Virus record (IMG/VR): IMGVR_UViG_3300009508_000035
Coordinates: 1-33,372 of that record
Direction: 5' to 3' (one strand)
DNA length: 33,372 bases
From: a virus
Taxonomy: Duplodnaviria; Caudoviricetes
The translations under genes were made by a program, and so were the position numbers. Under the pieces are notes generated by a model. That model was not told where the DNA came from and ran no database searches. It worked only from the letters and a program-made list of their open reading frames with translations. Each line of letters starts with the position of its first letter. Position 1 is the first letter of the stretch. This document shows positions 15,611 to 24,857 of this stretch, in pieces.

Positions 15611-18600
15611 GCTGTCATTACCACCAACTGATTGCCAACTCGCTCCATTGATTTTCGCAATTTCCTGTTTTCTTCAACCAAAGATTCAATTCGCGCGTCC
15701 ATCTGCGCTAACAAAGATGTTTGTTGAGCGTTTGATAATGATATTTCGCGTGTAACACTGTCATTTAAAGCGCCTGGCGCGCCTAAATCTCCGGCAATTC
15801 CTGTTATCGACTGTCTGACAAATGATTCAAGAGAAGCGAAACCTTCACCACTCGCAAAAACATCACGGCCAATATTTAGGAGGGCATTCGCTTGGGTAGT
15901 AATATTTCCTAAACCCGATAAGTCACCTAATTTAATAGCAGATAAATTTTCATCAAAAGATGATCTCGTTAAATTCAATTTATCCAGCGTACTCAATGAT
16001 GAATTTGAACTTATAGCCTGACTGTCTAAGAAGTCTTGCAATGGCTTTAATGTTGTATCAATAATAGCCTGCCTTTGATTTTCATAGCTTTCTGTAAGAG
16101 CGTCAACAGGCAACCCTAAAGCGAGCATCTTGTTTTTTAATGTATCAAATTGCGACTCGAGGCCATCTAATGCTGTTGTTAAAGGTTTTGAGGCCTCGCC
16201 CGCCTTCTCAAATGATCTTGATAGCTCCAATAAACCTATAGCTTCAGCGACTTGCTTGGTGTCGTAACCATCGACATTCTGCAAGACCTTTTTAAGATCT
16301 TCTGGGGCGCTCGTAATATTCTCAATTACAGAATTAGCAACGGCATCAATCAATGCATCCGTGTTGTTTCCAAAATTTTGATTTGTTATATTTCCATTAG
16401 CTTGCGTGGTTACAAGTCGAAGGCCATCACGATTTCCTGCGACTATTTTAATGGCGCCACCAATGTCGGCACCTGCAGATTTTAATAGTGATGTAAGATT
16501 GGCGGCTTCATCTCTAACCGCTTTAGCAAAATCCCTATTTTCTTGAGAGAACTTATTCCCACTTTGTCCCCCTTCAATTAATTTGCCAGTATCGAAAAAT
16601 ACACTCGCACTTTGGGCTTTATCACTAGGTTTAGAACCGCCAAATAATCCGCCAAGAGCAGTACCAAGGAATGAACCAACAATTGCCCCGACTGGACCAC
16701 CTGCAAATCCTGCAATGGTACCAATTGATGAACCAATCGCACCCCCAGCTAACGAACCGAGACCCCCACTAGCAAAATTGACTATCGAATTATCGCTCCC
16801 AAGGCCTAAAATATTAGCAAGGCCTCCACCGATAGCCCCATAACCAAGATTACCAAACGCCTGCGCACCATTGAATGCCGCACTTGATAAAAGATCACCA
16901 CCGGCAAATAAATTTGCACTTAACTTTGCCCCAATAGTACCGAGCGAAGACGAATACAATCCACCGTTTAATAAACTGCTACCGATACTGCCTAAGGAGC
17001 CAAGACCGCTAGTTCCTCCGCCAATTGAGCCACCACTCGTTCCTAGTGTTTGCGCAATTGCATCTTGAGAAAGGCCAAATGCACCTCCTATACCTCCAGC
17101 CAATTGTAAAACGATAGGACGGGCGAGTGCTGTATAAGCTAGATCAGCTAGGAATGTTTTGAATGTTTCTTTCCATCCAGATATTAATTTCTCAAAACCG
17201 CCATCTGCGTCATTAAATCCTTCGCGGAAAGCCTCCTTGAAATCATCTTCAATTTCACTCGACAGGCTCTTAAATGCCTCTCCTAATGGGCTATCTAGTT
17301 CGGCATCAATGCGGACTTGATCAAGTTCTTCGCGAGCATTTTTTAAAGCACGGCCGATTGCCGTTATTTCTTTTTCCGTTTTTGCGAAACCCCTAAGTCT
17401 TTCCAGCTCCTTCACAGTCGCGTTGAATTTTTCTTGGGGGGTGAGTGTGTCTTTTACTACATTGTTTAATTGCTTCTGGATGGTTTCAAGTTTTTTTGAT
17501 TCTTTGGTGGATCCACTAATTCCTTTTACTATTTCAGCATAATTTTTAGAAATATTACGTGTTGATGTTTCGATTTTTTCGGACTCTTCACTAACAAACA
17601 AGCCTCCAATATTTCCACCAGCTTGTTTTAATTTTTTAGAACCAGATGCGAACTCATCACCGAAAGCTTGAAAAGATCCTTTTCTAATATCACCCAATGT
17701 ATCTGCAATATCTAATTGTCCAATATTTTTTCCTGATATTCTATTTATACCCTCGATTATTAGGTTCATAAGCCTTAAAGGAGCCTCAAGTGTAGCGGTG
17801 ACAACACCAGCGACAACAGCAATGCCGCCTTTTAGAAAGTCAAAAAGACCAGAAAAAGTGTTTGCTAGGGCAGTGGCGACTTTTCCAATATCTGATATAG
17901 CATAAGCCAATTGACTTGTAGCGTTTGTGGTTTCATTCAAAAGTCCTGTTGCTATAAGAAGATCAGTTTTTAACTGTCCGAAAGCACGGCCAGCGGTAAG
18001 AGGCATTTTTGATAGTGCTTCATCCGCTCTCTCAGTTTCATTAATAATTGCCGCGAACACGTCTTCAGATAAAACCTCACCCTCAAGAACAAGTTTTCTT
18101 AATTCACCTGTTGTCACACCAAACTGATCTGCAATCGCTTTACCAACTACAGGTATATTTTCAAGGATGGAGTTAAACTCTTCAGCCCTCAACACACCCG
18201 CGGACAAACCCTGACCCAATTGCAATAGACCCGCCTTAAGGCCTTCAGTTGAAGCACCAGAGACAACACCAAGTTTTTGAACTGTTGATGTGAATTGAAC
18301 CATCTCCTCTACGGTGGCTTTAATTTCATCGCGAGAAAATGAGAGCCTTTGAAAAACATCAACTGCCGCGCCTAAGGCAACACCGGTCTCTTTGGATGAC
18401 CGAACCAAACCTTTGAATGCGGTTTCAAATTCTTGGGTGCTTCGAGTGGCTTGTTTCAATCTTGCCTGAAGGTTCGTCATTTCGTCCGCGGCGCGAACGA
18501 TTTCGCGAATACCCAATGCTCCAATTGCACCTGCCAAAGCACCCTTTAAGACGTTAGCGGCCCCAGAAAGTTTTGCGGTTTCTTTTTGTAAGCGCTCTGT

Positions 18601-18714
18601 TGAATTTGTAGCTTTATCACCACTTCTGGCTAACTCATCCAAATCACGTTTAATAATACGCGCACCATTTCCATCGGGTCGTATACCAATGACAATTTCT
18701 GCATCATTTGCCAT
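15607..18714 (-). CDS. Tail tape measure protein
   Basis: 1035 aa, Ala/Gly-rich and helical; QLGQGL..G.L..EEFNSI.E tape-measure domain. Confidence 0.93.
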   Translation of the reverse strand: MANDAEIVIGIRPDGNGARIIKRDLDELARSGDKATNSTERLQKETAKLSGAANVLKGALAGAIGALGIREIVRAADEMTNLQARLKQATRSTQEFETAFKGLVRSSKETGVALGAAVDVFQRLSFSRDEIKATVEEMVQFTSTVQKLGVVSGASTEGLKAGLLQLGQGLSAGVLRAEEFNSILENIPVVGKAIADQFGVTTGELRKLVLEGEVLSEDVFAAIINETERADEALSKMPLTAGRAFGQLKTDLLIATGLLNETTNATSQLAYAISDIGKVATALANTFSGLFDFLKGGIAVVAGVVTATLEAPLRLMNLIIEGINRISGKNIGQLDIADTLGDIRKGSFQAFGDEFASGSKKLKQAGGNIGGLFVSEESEKIETSTRNISKNYAEIVKGISGSTKESKKLETIQKQLNNVVKDTLTPQEKFNATVKELERLRGFAKTEKEITAIGRALKNAREELDQVRIDAELDSPLGEAFKSLSSEIEDDFKEAFREGFNDADGGFEKLISGWKETFKTFLADLAYTALARPIVLQLAGGIGGAFGLSQDAIAQTLGTSGGSIGGGTSGLGSLGSIGSSLLNGGLYSSSLGTIGAKLSANLFAGGDLLSSAAFNGAQAFGNLGYGAIGGGLANILGLGSDNSIVNFASGGLGSLAGGAIGSSIGTIAGFAGGPVGAIVGSFLGTALGGLFGGSKPSDKAQSASVFFDTGKLIEGGQSGNKFSQENRDFAKAVRDEAANLTSLLKSAGADIGGAIKIVAGNRDGLRLVTTQANGNITNQNFGNNTDALIDAVANSVIENITSAPEDLKKVLQNVDGYDTKQVAEAIGLLELSRSFEKAGEASKPLTTALDGLESQFDTLKNKMLALGLPVDALTESYENQRQAIIDTTLKPLQDFLDSQAISSNSSLSTLDKLNLTRSSFDENLSAIKLGDLSGLGNITTQANALLNIGRDVFASGEGFASLESFVRQSITGIAGDLGAPGALNDSVTREISLSNAQQTSLLAQMDARIESLVEENRKLRKSMERVGNQLVVMTA

Positions 18715-18719
18715 GTCGG

Positions 18720-19046
18720 TTACTTTCCTTTGTTGGTTTCTTCAAATTGATAGGAGGCGCGCTCCATTGCCCTTAAATGATGTTCAAGGGTTGCAATGTC
18801 ATCGACATTATCGATGCCATTTATGTGTGACCATGTGATGATTGAGGAGTAGGGGATAGAGCCCATTCCTGACATTCCAACTGGCCTGTCATGTTGTAAT
18901 TGGTTAAAAGCTGTAAAATAAAAGTCCAAACCTGGTAAGAGTTCGGGGCAAGGTGTTGGAGTTGCACCTTGTGCAATCAAGGATTCAAATTCATTAATAC
19001 GCTCGCCCCACTTTCTATGCCAAATTAGGACTTCTGTAAGTTTTTT
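18720..19046 (-). CDS. Tail assembly chaperone, C-terminal (T) part reached by -1 frameshift
   Basis: Frame open from the slippery site A AAA AAC (19046-19040) into ORF 18720..18980. Confidence 0.8.
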   Translation of the reverse strand, partial: KKLTEVLIWHRKWGERINEFESLIAQGATPTPCPELLPGLDFYFTAFNQLQHDRPVGMSGMGSIPYSSIITWSHINGIDNVDDIATLEHHLRAMERASYQFEETNKGK

Positions 19047-19444
19047 GCTTCTATTTCCTCTTGCTCTTTTCGGAAGTTAGAAATGCTATTGGCCTGATTT
19101 TGTATATCCTTAAAAAGTTCAGGCAGGTCAGTTAGAATTTTAATGCAATTTGATCTGTTGAAAGCTAGTTTATTCCCTTCCTGATCGGTAACATTTTTCC
19201 AGTTGATAATCACTGTTTCAGCATATGTCTCAATGAGTAGCTTGCTAGCGATTTCATCTTCCATTGTATCAGTCTGTAACTGCCTGCTATATGGTTTCAT
19301 CTTGGCATTCAACACGCGGGCAAATGATTTATTTGATCCGCCTGCACGGTGGATTGTAATGATTCCATTTTGTCCGTAGTCAAGGTCAACACCTTGCCCA
19401 TTTTCTAAATTTTCGTCAGTTTGAAAAGTATTATAAAAACTCAT
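19025..19444 (-). CDS. Tail assembly chaperone (G)
   Basis: Between tail tube and tape measure; RAGG.N, W..V.D, LP.LF motifs; ends ...EAKN slippery motif. Confidence 0.85.
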   Translation of the reverse strand: MSFYNTFQTDENLENGQGVDLDYGQNGIITIHRAGGSNKSFARVLNAKMKPYSRQLQTDTMEDEIASKLLIETYAETVIINWKNVTDQEGNKLAFNRSNCIKILTDLPELFKDIQNQANSISNFRKEQEEIEAKNLQKS

Positions 19445-19548
19445 TTTTTTTCCTTATCGGGTTAAACGCAAGAACGTGGGAATGGAACCCGACGATCCAT
19501 TCCCACCACCTGCGCGGGTGTTTTTTAATTAGTGTCGGGTTATTTTCG

Positions 19549-20478
19549 TTATACGGCGTCAGCACGCTCGATTTTTAATGTGCAAGCCTCAGAGCTGTCA
19601 TAAAGAGCTTGGAAAGGGAGTGTGATAAGTACGTCTTCATTATTCGCACCTGCCACGACGTCTGCATCACTAAATTTAATTCTTGGAAGTGTAAAAGTGT
19701 AAGAATTGTCGTCATTATCCGTTAGGACAAATTCAAGATCAGCGTCAGTGCCATCTAAAAATAGTTGATAAGCCTCTGTGTTTTCAAAATAGCAAGTGAC
19801 CGAACCGTTAACACCGAATTGACCAGCACCGACACCGATTGACTCAATGGATCCAATAACTGGTTGTTGTCTTAGATTGTTCGTCCCTTCAATACTAATA
19901 GCTGTTACCTTAGGGCTTGTAACACCCGTCATCGACAACGAACCAAAGTTTATGCCCGCATTAAAAACGTCACCAGTTGTTGGTGATGTATAAGTAGCAC
20001 CAGTAATAATTGCATTATCAGTTGACCCACCTTTACCTTGGAATCCAAAAGAACCAGTCACCATTTCTTGGGCTTGAATATTTAAAGAAAAAGTGCTGGC
20101 GATCATACCTGTATAGCGAAGAAATGCATCCGTTGCACCCGTTTCGAATTTCTTTTCTATGGTGAAAGATTTTTGGGTTACACCATTTTTAAGGACATCA
20201 GAGGAGAAATCATTATACATGAAGCTTTCAAGGAATTCATCAAAGGTTTCATAAGAAAGTTCGAAGGCTATCTGGCCTTCAGCGGCGCCAGATGTTTGTA
20301 CCAAATCTGGTGCATTTCTATCCGATCTAATTTCATTCGATGATGTATTAGTACGGGTGTGCTTTAAACCCTCTGAGGTCATACGCACCACCTGAAAAGC
20401 AGGAGTTGCGGGGGTCGTACCATAAGTGCTTTCTTCTATAAATGCGACTCTGGTTTGTGAGCTATCGGCTGTAGACAT
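19549..20478 (-). CDS. Major tail tube protein
   Basis: E.TYG.TP, S.EI..DR, G.....G....YF motifs; position. Confidence 0.88.
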   Translation of the reverse strand: MSTADSSQTRVAFIEESTYGTTPATPAFQVVRMTSEGLKHTRTNTSSNEIRSDRNAPDLVQTSGAAEGQIAFELSYETFDEFLESFMYNDFSSDVLKNGVTQKSFTIEKKFETGATDAFLRYTGMIASTFSLNIQAQEMVTGSFGFQGKGGSTDNAIITGATYTSPTTGDVFNAGINFGSLSMTGVTSPKVTAISIEGTNNLRQQPVIGSIESIGVGAGQFGVNGSVTCYFENTEAYQLFLDGTDADLEFVLTDNDDNSYTFTLPRIKFSDADVVAGANNEDVLITLPFQALYDSSEACTLKIERADAV

Positions 20479-20502
20479 TATATTCTCCTTATTTTAGGGC
20501 AT

Positions 20503-20523
20503 AAAAAACCCCTATGAAGGGGC
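20503..20523 (-). terminator. Terminator-like hairpin upstream of tail tube gene
   Basis: GCCCCT-TCAT-AGGGGT followed by T-run on minus strand. Confidence 0.5.
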
Positions 20524-20546
20524 AGGTTGATTGAGGTTAGGTTTTG

Positions 20547-20963
20547 TCAGGTTATGCGGTCATATTGAAATTCGGCGGTAACATTATACTGATACCAACC
20601 GTTCCCATCGTTCCCGACATCTCGTGCATTTACGTTTTTGAATAATATTCCGTTTAATTGGTTGGCAATAAAGATATCTGCAACAGTGTCGGCCAATTCT
20701 AAGACCTTACTGGTGCTTTCAGGTCTTGAGGCTTTAATTTTTCTAAACACTTGAATTGTTACAATCCCAATACGTCTATATCTGTTTGCACCAGGCGAGC
20801 CCATTGTCACTTGGCGACCATCATTGTTTTTCATTGTAAAGCGAACCCAAGAACCATCAGCAGGCAACGTGAAAGGGACGTTAGGCCAAGATATCGGCAC
20901 GGCACCATTTATCTGCGTGTTGAAATATCCAATTATTTCACCTTCGGCCTGCTTGAAATTCAT
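20547..20963 (-). CDS. Tail terminator-like protein (DUF4128-like)
   Basis: W.N..F..P...WVR, G...IQVF, WYQ.NV motifs; position. Confidence 0.7.
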   Translation of the reverse strand: MNFKQAEGEIIGYFNTQINGAVPISWPNVPFTLPADGSWVRFTMKNNDGRQVTMGSPGANRYRRIGIVTIQVFRKIKASRPESTSKVLELADTVADIFIANQLNGILFKNVNARDVGNDGNGWYQYNVTAEFQYDRIT

Positions 20964-21355
20964 TGTTTTGCAAGCTCCTTTGCTTTCAGGTTGGCAGTTT
21001 GAATTGCGGCCTCAACAAACCCCGCGGGGGCTTGGCCTGAATAACCATCATTCAGGCGATTAATGTAAGGAAGGTTATTCGAAACAAATATCGTTTCATT
21101 AAGCTTGTAAGAGGCCGTAATACTGTTTGCTCTAGAAATTGACCCCGAACCATCTTTCTCGGCCTCACGATCGGTTAAATCAATGGTATTAATATCAATA
21201 TTCCAATTTCCCTTTGCGCGTCCTGTATCAACAGGTGTGTTAAATACTAATTCAGAGATAAGAGCCAATCCAGTTAGGCGTGTCACTCTTTCTTGTGTTT
21301 TTAAAACTTTATTTTCATACGCTCTATTTAATTGAGCTCGAAAGGATGATGTCAT
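20960..21355 (-). CDS. HK97 gp10-like tail completion/neck protein
   Basis: TPVDTGRA.GNW, NNLPY..RL..G.S.QAP.G motifs. Confidence 0.85.
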   Translation of the reverse strand: MTSSFRAQLNRAYENKVLKTQERVTRLTGLALISELVFNTPVDTGRAKGNWNIDINTIDLTDREAEKDGSGSISRANSITASYKLNETIFVSNNLPYINRLNDGYSGQAPAGFVEAAIQTANLKAKELAKQ

Positions 21356-21720
21356 CGCCTAACTTGCACCATATACAGGATTGGAACATCACCGGGCATC
21401 AGTGTGTCGCAATTAATTATTTCATATTCGACATCACCATCAATAATTACATCGGATGGTGTCGGTGCGCTATCTAATGAAGTCGCGGCAATCAATACGC
21501 GTTTATCTTCACGCTTGATTGTTGTGCCATCAACATCTTGCGCTCGAAAATTGGTGAACAATCCTTTAACGCTATTATTTTCTGTTGAACCTTCAACAAA
21601 TGTGAATGTATCGGGATCAAATGTTCCCGCATCAGTAACGGATGGAATGACGATCGTGCGCCCTTTATCATCTATCTGCTTCAAAGCTAATTTTTGAGCT
21701 GTTGTGTAATTGTATGTCAT
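21352..21720 (-). CDS. Head closure/stopper protein
   Basis: Position; DGT.I...D, final QVRR; start 21720 by ATGA overlap. Confidence 0.7.
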   Translation of the reverse strand: MTYNYTTAQKLALKQIDDKGRTIVIPSVTDAGTFDPDTFTFVEGSTENNSVKGLFTNFRAQDVDGTTIKREDKRVLIAATSLDSAPTPSDVIIDGDVEYEIINCDTLMPGDVPILYMVQVRR

Positions 21721-22193
21721 ACACGCACCGCAGGGCAATTAATTATAGAGCCTGATATATAGGGCTGTAATAATCCTTTTATTGCAGGTCGTTGTTTTCC
21801 TGACTTTGCCTTATCCATGTATTCCACCTCAATAACATCAACCTTTTCGCGTTTAATATCGCGATCTAATGGTGGGTTTAAATCTTCGGTTAATGCCTCC
21901 AAAGCAAGCTTGCAAACGGCTTGTTTAAGCCGAAGAGGTATTTCATCGTTATAGGCGTTTTTAAGCCCGAATCTTGGCCATGAGAGGGATTGATTCTCGC
22001 TTGCAGTTTCCCCCATCCAATTCATGGTATATTCCTGCTCGATATAATCTGTCGCGTTAATAAGTGCGGCCTCTTTTACCGCATTGTCGCCAGTCCAATC
22101 GCTTATGCCTCTGTTAGTGAAAAAGGCATTGGCAAATTCGAGAGTGACGTATGAATCGGCATTCGAAACGATCGTGCCATCTTCGACTATCAT
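21717..22193 (-). CDS. Head-tail adaptor (DnaT-like domain family)
   Basis: VEDG....ADSY, AL..ATDYI, Q.L.WPR, KV..IEVEY motifs. Confidence 0.8.
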   Translation of the reverse strand: MIVEDGTIVSNADSYVTLEFANAFFTNRGISDWTGDNAVKEAALINATDYIEQEYTMNWMGETASENQSLSWPRFGLKNAYNDEIPLRLKQAVCKLALEALTEDLNPPLDRDIKREKVDVIEVEYMDKAKSGKQRPAIKGLLQPYISGSIINCPAVRV

Positions 22194-22504
22194 GCAATTG
22201 CTTTCACGTTAATTTTATCGCCTGTTTCTGTGGCAACTACAATTGAGGCACTACCCAATAATGGATAGCCAGCATTTGTCGCAGATGTTCTGGATGTCGC
22301 ACTAGCGTCAGGTGTTTTCCCATGCGTGATCAACACTGTATCAGAACCAGTATTGGTAATAAGGGCAGTTTCTTTTTGTCCTGCTGTTGCAGTGCTTGTA
22401 CCATCTAGCGCAACGGTTTCAGTCACTCGGCAGTCACCAACGGCAGGGGCGGCAATTACCCCCCCTAGTCCTCTCGTTTCAATAAACGAAACATAAACAG
22501 TCAT
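22190..22504 (-). CDS. Small beta-rich virion protein (possible head decoration/spike base)
   Basis: Thr/Ala-rich, G.TP.A motif; lies in the head module, coupled on both sides. Confidence 0.55.
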   Translation of the reverse strand: MTVYVSFIETRGLGGVIAAPAVGDCRVTETVALDGTSTATAGQKETALITNTGSDTVLITHGKTPDASATSRTSATNAGYPLLGSASIVVATETGDKINVKAIA

Positions 22505-22680
22505 TATTTATCAGCCTTTTTTGGTTCGGCTTTCTTAGTATCCGCCTTAGGGTCGGCTTTTTTATCAGCCTTTTTTGGGTCGAATTTTGCGTCAACAATT
22601 TTCAAACCTTGTTTGCGCAATTCTGCTTTGCGTTGTGCACTTACAGGGTGTTTTTCATAGGTTATTTTTTGTTCTGACAT
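22504..22680 (-). CDS. 58-aa basic protein after capsid gene
   Basis: MSEQKITYEKHPVSAQRKAELRKQGLKIVDAKF + KKADPKAD-type repeats; AAGGAA RBS; not in ORF track. Confidence 0.8.
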   Translation of the reverse strand: MSEQKITYEKHPVSAQRKAELRKQGLKIVDAKFDPKKADKKADPKADTKKAEPKKADK

Positions 22681-22705
22681 GATTAATTCCTTAATTTGTT
22701 AAAAG

Positions 22706-22730
22706 AAAAAAGCCCCCGTTGAGGGGCTTT
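22706..22730 (-). terminator. Intrinsic terminator after major capsid gene
   Basis: AAAGCCCC-N6-GGGGCTTTTTT. Confidence 0.75.
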
Positions 22731-22738
22731 AATTTTAA

Positions 22739-23716
22739 TTATTGAGACGCATCCCCGATAGCGATAACACCTGCAGTATGCTTGATGTTAGTCGCAACTT
22801 TATCCCAATTAGAGCCAGTCGCAAGTTCGGCATCTGTTGGTGATTTACCGCCGTTTGCAGTATCCCAAGCGTAACCCTTAAGACCTAAGCCAAACGTGTA
22901 ATCGACCTGCATTGTAGATTCGATGCGGTCTTTACCGTTAGTAGTTTCAACATTAGAGATAATGTCGCTACCATCATGAACAACCGCCGCACCTTCAACC
23001 AAACCAAGGATTTTTTGCGCATCCAAGTCAGTGTCATAATCAGCCTCATATAAGGCAGGCGCATCAGTGACAATAATTGCCTTACCAAGAACATCAATAA
23101 CCGTAACATTACCGGCGCGGAATAGTTGGGCTGTGTTCGTTAGGTTTTGGCCAATGAACTTATGGTAGAGTTGGCCAGTCATAACATCAGCAACAATATT
23201 ACCGGATTGGTCGCCAAATTTTGCATGAGCATCGTTGATTGAGCCATAAGTTAATCCAGCACTTGCGGAGACATCGTTCGTGGCTTCTGATTGATTTGAA
23301 ACCGCAGCAACTAATGCAGCAATAGCAGTGTTTAACTGGTCTTGCATCATAGCCTCGGCGAAATTACGTGATGCAACTTCAATACCTTCTGCAGTTGGTT
23401 TTTCTAACCATGTTAATTGTGAAGGTTCAAAACGAATTGGACCAAATCCACCTGCAACCTTAACGCTATTGTGTTGTAGTTGAGTTAGATCAGTAACTGT
23501 TGGCGTTCCATTAGATGCATAACGATCAACACGGCGTTGCGCGGCGTGAATAGATGCAAAAAATGACTCTTGCAAGAAATCACCTGTGAAACCATCAGTA
23601 GTTAAGCGAATTGCGTTATTAGAAGAAGCGTTAAACTTCTCAATCATTTGCGCCAATGTTTCGATTGTCGCGGGCATAATGTATTCATTGAATACTTTCA
23701 TTTGTGATAGGGACAT
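22739..23716 (-). CDS. Major capsid protein
   Basis: 325 aa after scaffold; GLKGY.WD...GG.SPT...L....NW motif; followed by terminator. Confidence 0.9.
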   Translation of the reverse strand: MSLSQMKVFNEYIMPATIETLAQMIEKFNASSNNAIRLTTDGFTGDFLQESFFASIHAAQRRVDRYASNGTPTVTDLTQLQHNSVKVAGGFGPIRFEPSQLTWLEKPTAEGIEVASRNFAEAMMQDQLNTAIAALVAAVSNQSEATNDVSASAGLTYGSINDAHAKFGDQSGNIVADVMTGQLYHKFIGQNLTNTAQLFRAGNVTVIDVLGKAIIVTDAPALYEADYDTDLDAQKILGLVEGAAVVHDGSDIISNVETTNGKDRIESTMQVDYTFGLGLKGYAWDTANGGKSPTDAELATGSNWDKVATNIKHTAGVIAIGDASQ

Positions 23717-23736
23717 ATTTTATTTTCCTTTGTTTA

Positions 23737-24393
23737 TTATGATAATTCTGGATATTGATTTCTGAATGCCTCTGTGCGTGATTTTTTATCACCACTAAGG
23801 TCACCCTTTGCAGTGTTGGCTTTGCCTCCACCGTTTGCGCCATTGGCACCACCACCACCATTATTTGGGGCGGCAATATAAGGTTTCCCCTGATCGCCTT
23901 GCGACCATTCGGAAACAAAATCTGTTAATGATTTGCCGTCAATTTGTGCAGTTGGTTTTCCATCTACATCGGCAATCTGTGGGTTATATTTTGCTTTCAT
24001 AGCAAGACGTAAATCCTCTTGGAATTGAGGGGCTACTCCTGCTTTAGAAAGCGCGTCGGTTAGACCGCTATCGACCAAAAGGCCATGCAGTTTGGAATCT
24101 TTATCTTTGATTGAGGCATCACGCGTTTCGATTTCTTTAGTATATTTATCTTCAAGCTGTTTCTTGATTTTTTCAACATCACCTGACTTTAAAATCGCTT
24201 CTTCTTCCGCTTTTGCTTTAGCCTCTGCGGCGTCTTTTGCGATTTGTTCGGCCTCCGTTAATTTGTCATTTTTTTCTTTAAGCTTACCAAGTAATTCATC
24301 CCGTTTTGCAACAAGCGGTTTCGTGGCCTCCTCTACTGCTGATGCAATCAGTGCTTTTCCTTCGTCGGATTCTAGTAGTTCTTTGATATCCAT
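23737..24393 (-). CDS. Capsid scaffolding protein
   Basis: Coiled coil + Gly-rich C-terminal linker; start moved to ATG 24393 (AGGGAGAG RBS). Confidence 0.8.
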   Translation of the reverse strand: MDIKELLESDEGKALIASAVEEATKPLVAKRDELLGKLKEKNDKLTEAEQIAKDAAEAKAKAEEEAILKSGDVEKIKKQLEDKYTKEIETRDASIKDKDSKLHGLLVDSGLTDALSKAGVAPQFQEDLRLAMKAKYNPQIADVDGKPTAQIDGKSLTDFVSEWSQGDQGKPYIAAPNNGGGGANGANGGGKANTAKGDLSGDKKSRTEAFRNQYPELS

Positions 24394-24448
24394 AAGCTTT
24401 GCTCTCCCTTTGGGTTTGGATGGTTGGTTTTGTCCGCCTTGCAGACAT

Positions 24449-24474
24449 AAAAAAAGCCACCGAAATGGCGACTT
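24449..24474 (-). terminator. Terminator-like hairpin upstream of scaffold gene
   Basis: GCCA-TTTCGG-TGGC-T7. Confidence 0.55.
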
Positions 24475-24590
24475 CACAGAAAACATAAATAGTCTCGACC
24501 CCATTAGTTTGGGTAACTTTTAAAGAGGACATTTAATGTTAAAATTAATAATTAAGATAATAATTCATTTACTCATCAACATGATGTAAT

Positions 24591-24624
24591 AAACAAAACC
24601 CACTTCAATTATTTTGAGGTGGGT
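24591..24624 (-). terminator. Terminator downstream of MuF/immunity pair
   Basis: ACCCACCTCAA-N5-TTGAAGTGGGT followed by TTTGTTT. Confidence 0.6.
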
Positions 24625-24704
24625 AGCTTTCGGCCTATCGCGATTTGAATGGAATTATCCGAAATCAGTATATCAAATTTTATTCTTTAATTGAAAGGGT
24701 TAAT

Positions 24705-24857
24705 TTATTTAATAACATCTTTTGTCAATGATTGGCTATCCGTATTCCATTTTCTGGCTAAACGACGAGCATCATCTGCATCCATCACTTCAACGGACTT
24801 TTCAAATTCTTTGGCTTCTTTTATGATTTGTGTATCTTTTTTATTAACCTTCGTCAT
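24705..24857 (-). CDS. 50-aa ORF, candidate immunity/partner protein of MuF-ART
   Basis: ATGA overlap with MuF stop, GAAGG RBS-like sequence; MTKVNKKDTQIIKEAKEFEKSVEVMDADDARRLARKWNTDSQSLTKDVIK; function inferred from position. Confidence 0.6.
   Translation of the reverse strand: MTKVNKKDTQIIKEAKEFEKSVEVMDADDARRLARKWNTDSQSLTKDVIK

Noticed and set aside
16600-17100. Gly-rich repeats resembling a glycine zipper or toxin
   Set aside because: Normal hydrophobic Gly-rich segment of tape measure proteins
24394-24532. Upstream extension of scaffold ORF and ORF 24296..24532
   Set aside because: Spans a terminator-like hairpin; the RBS supports ATG 24393
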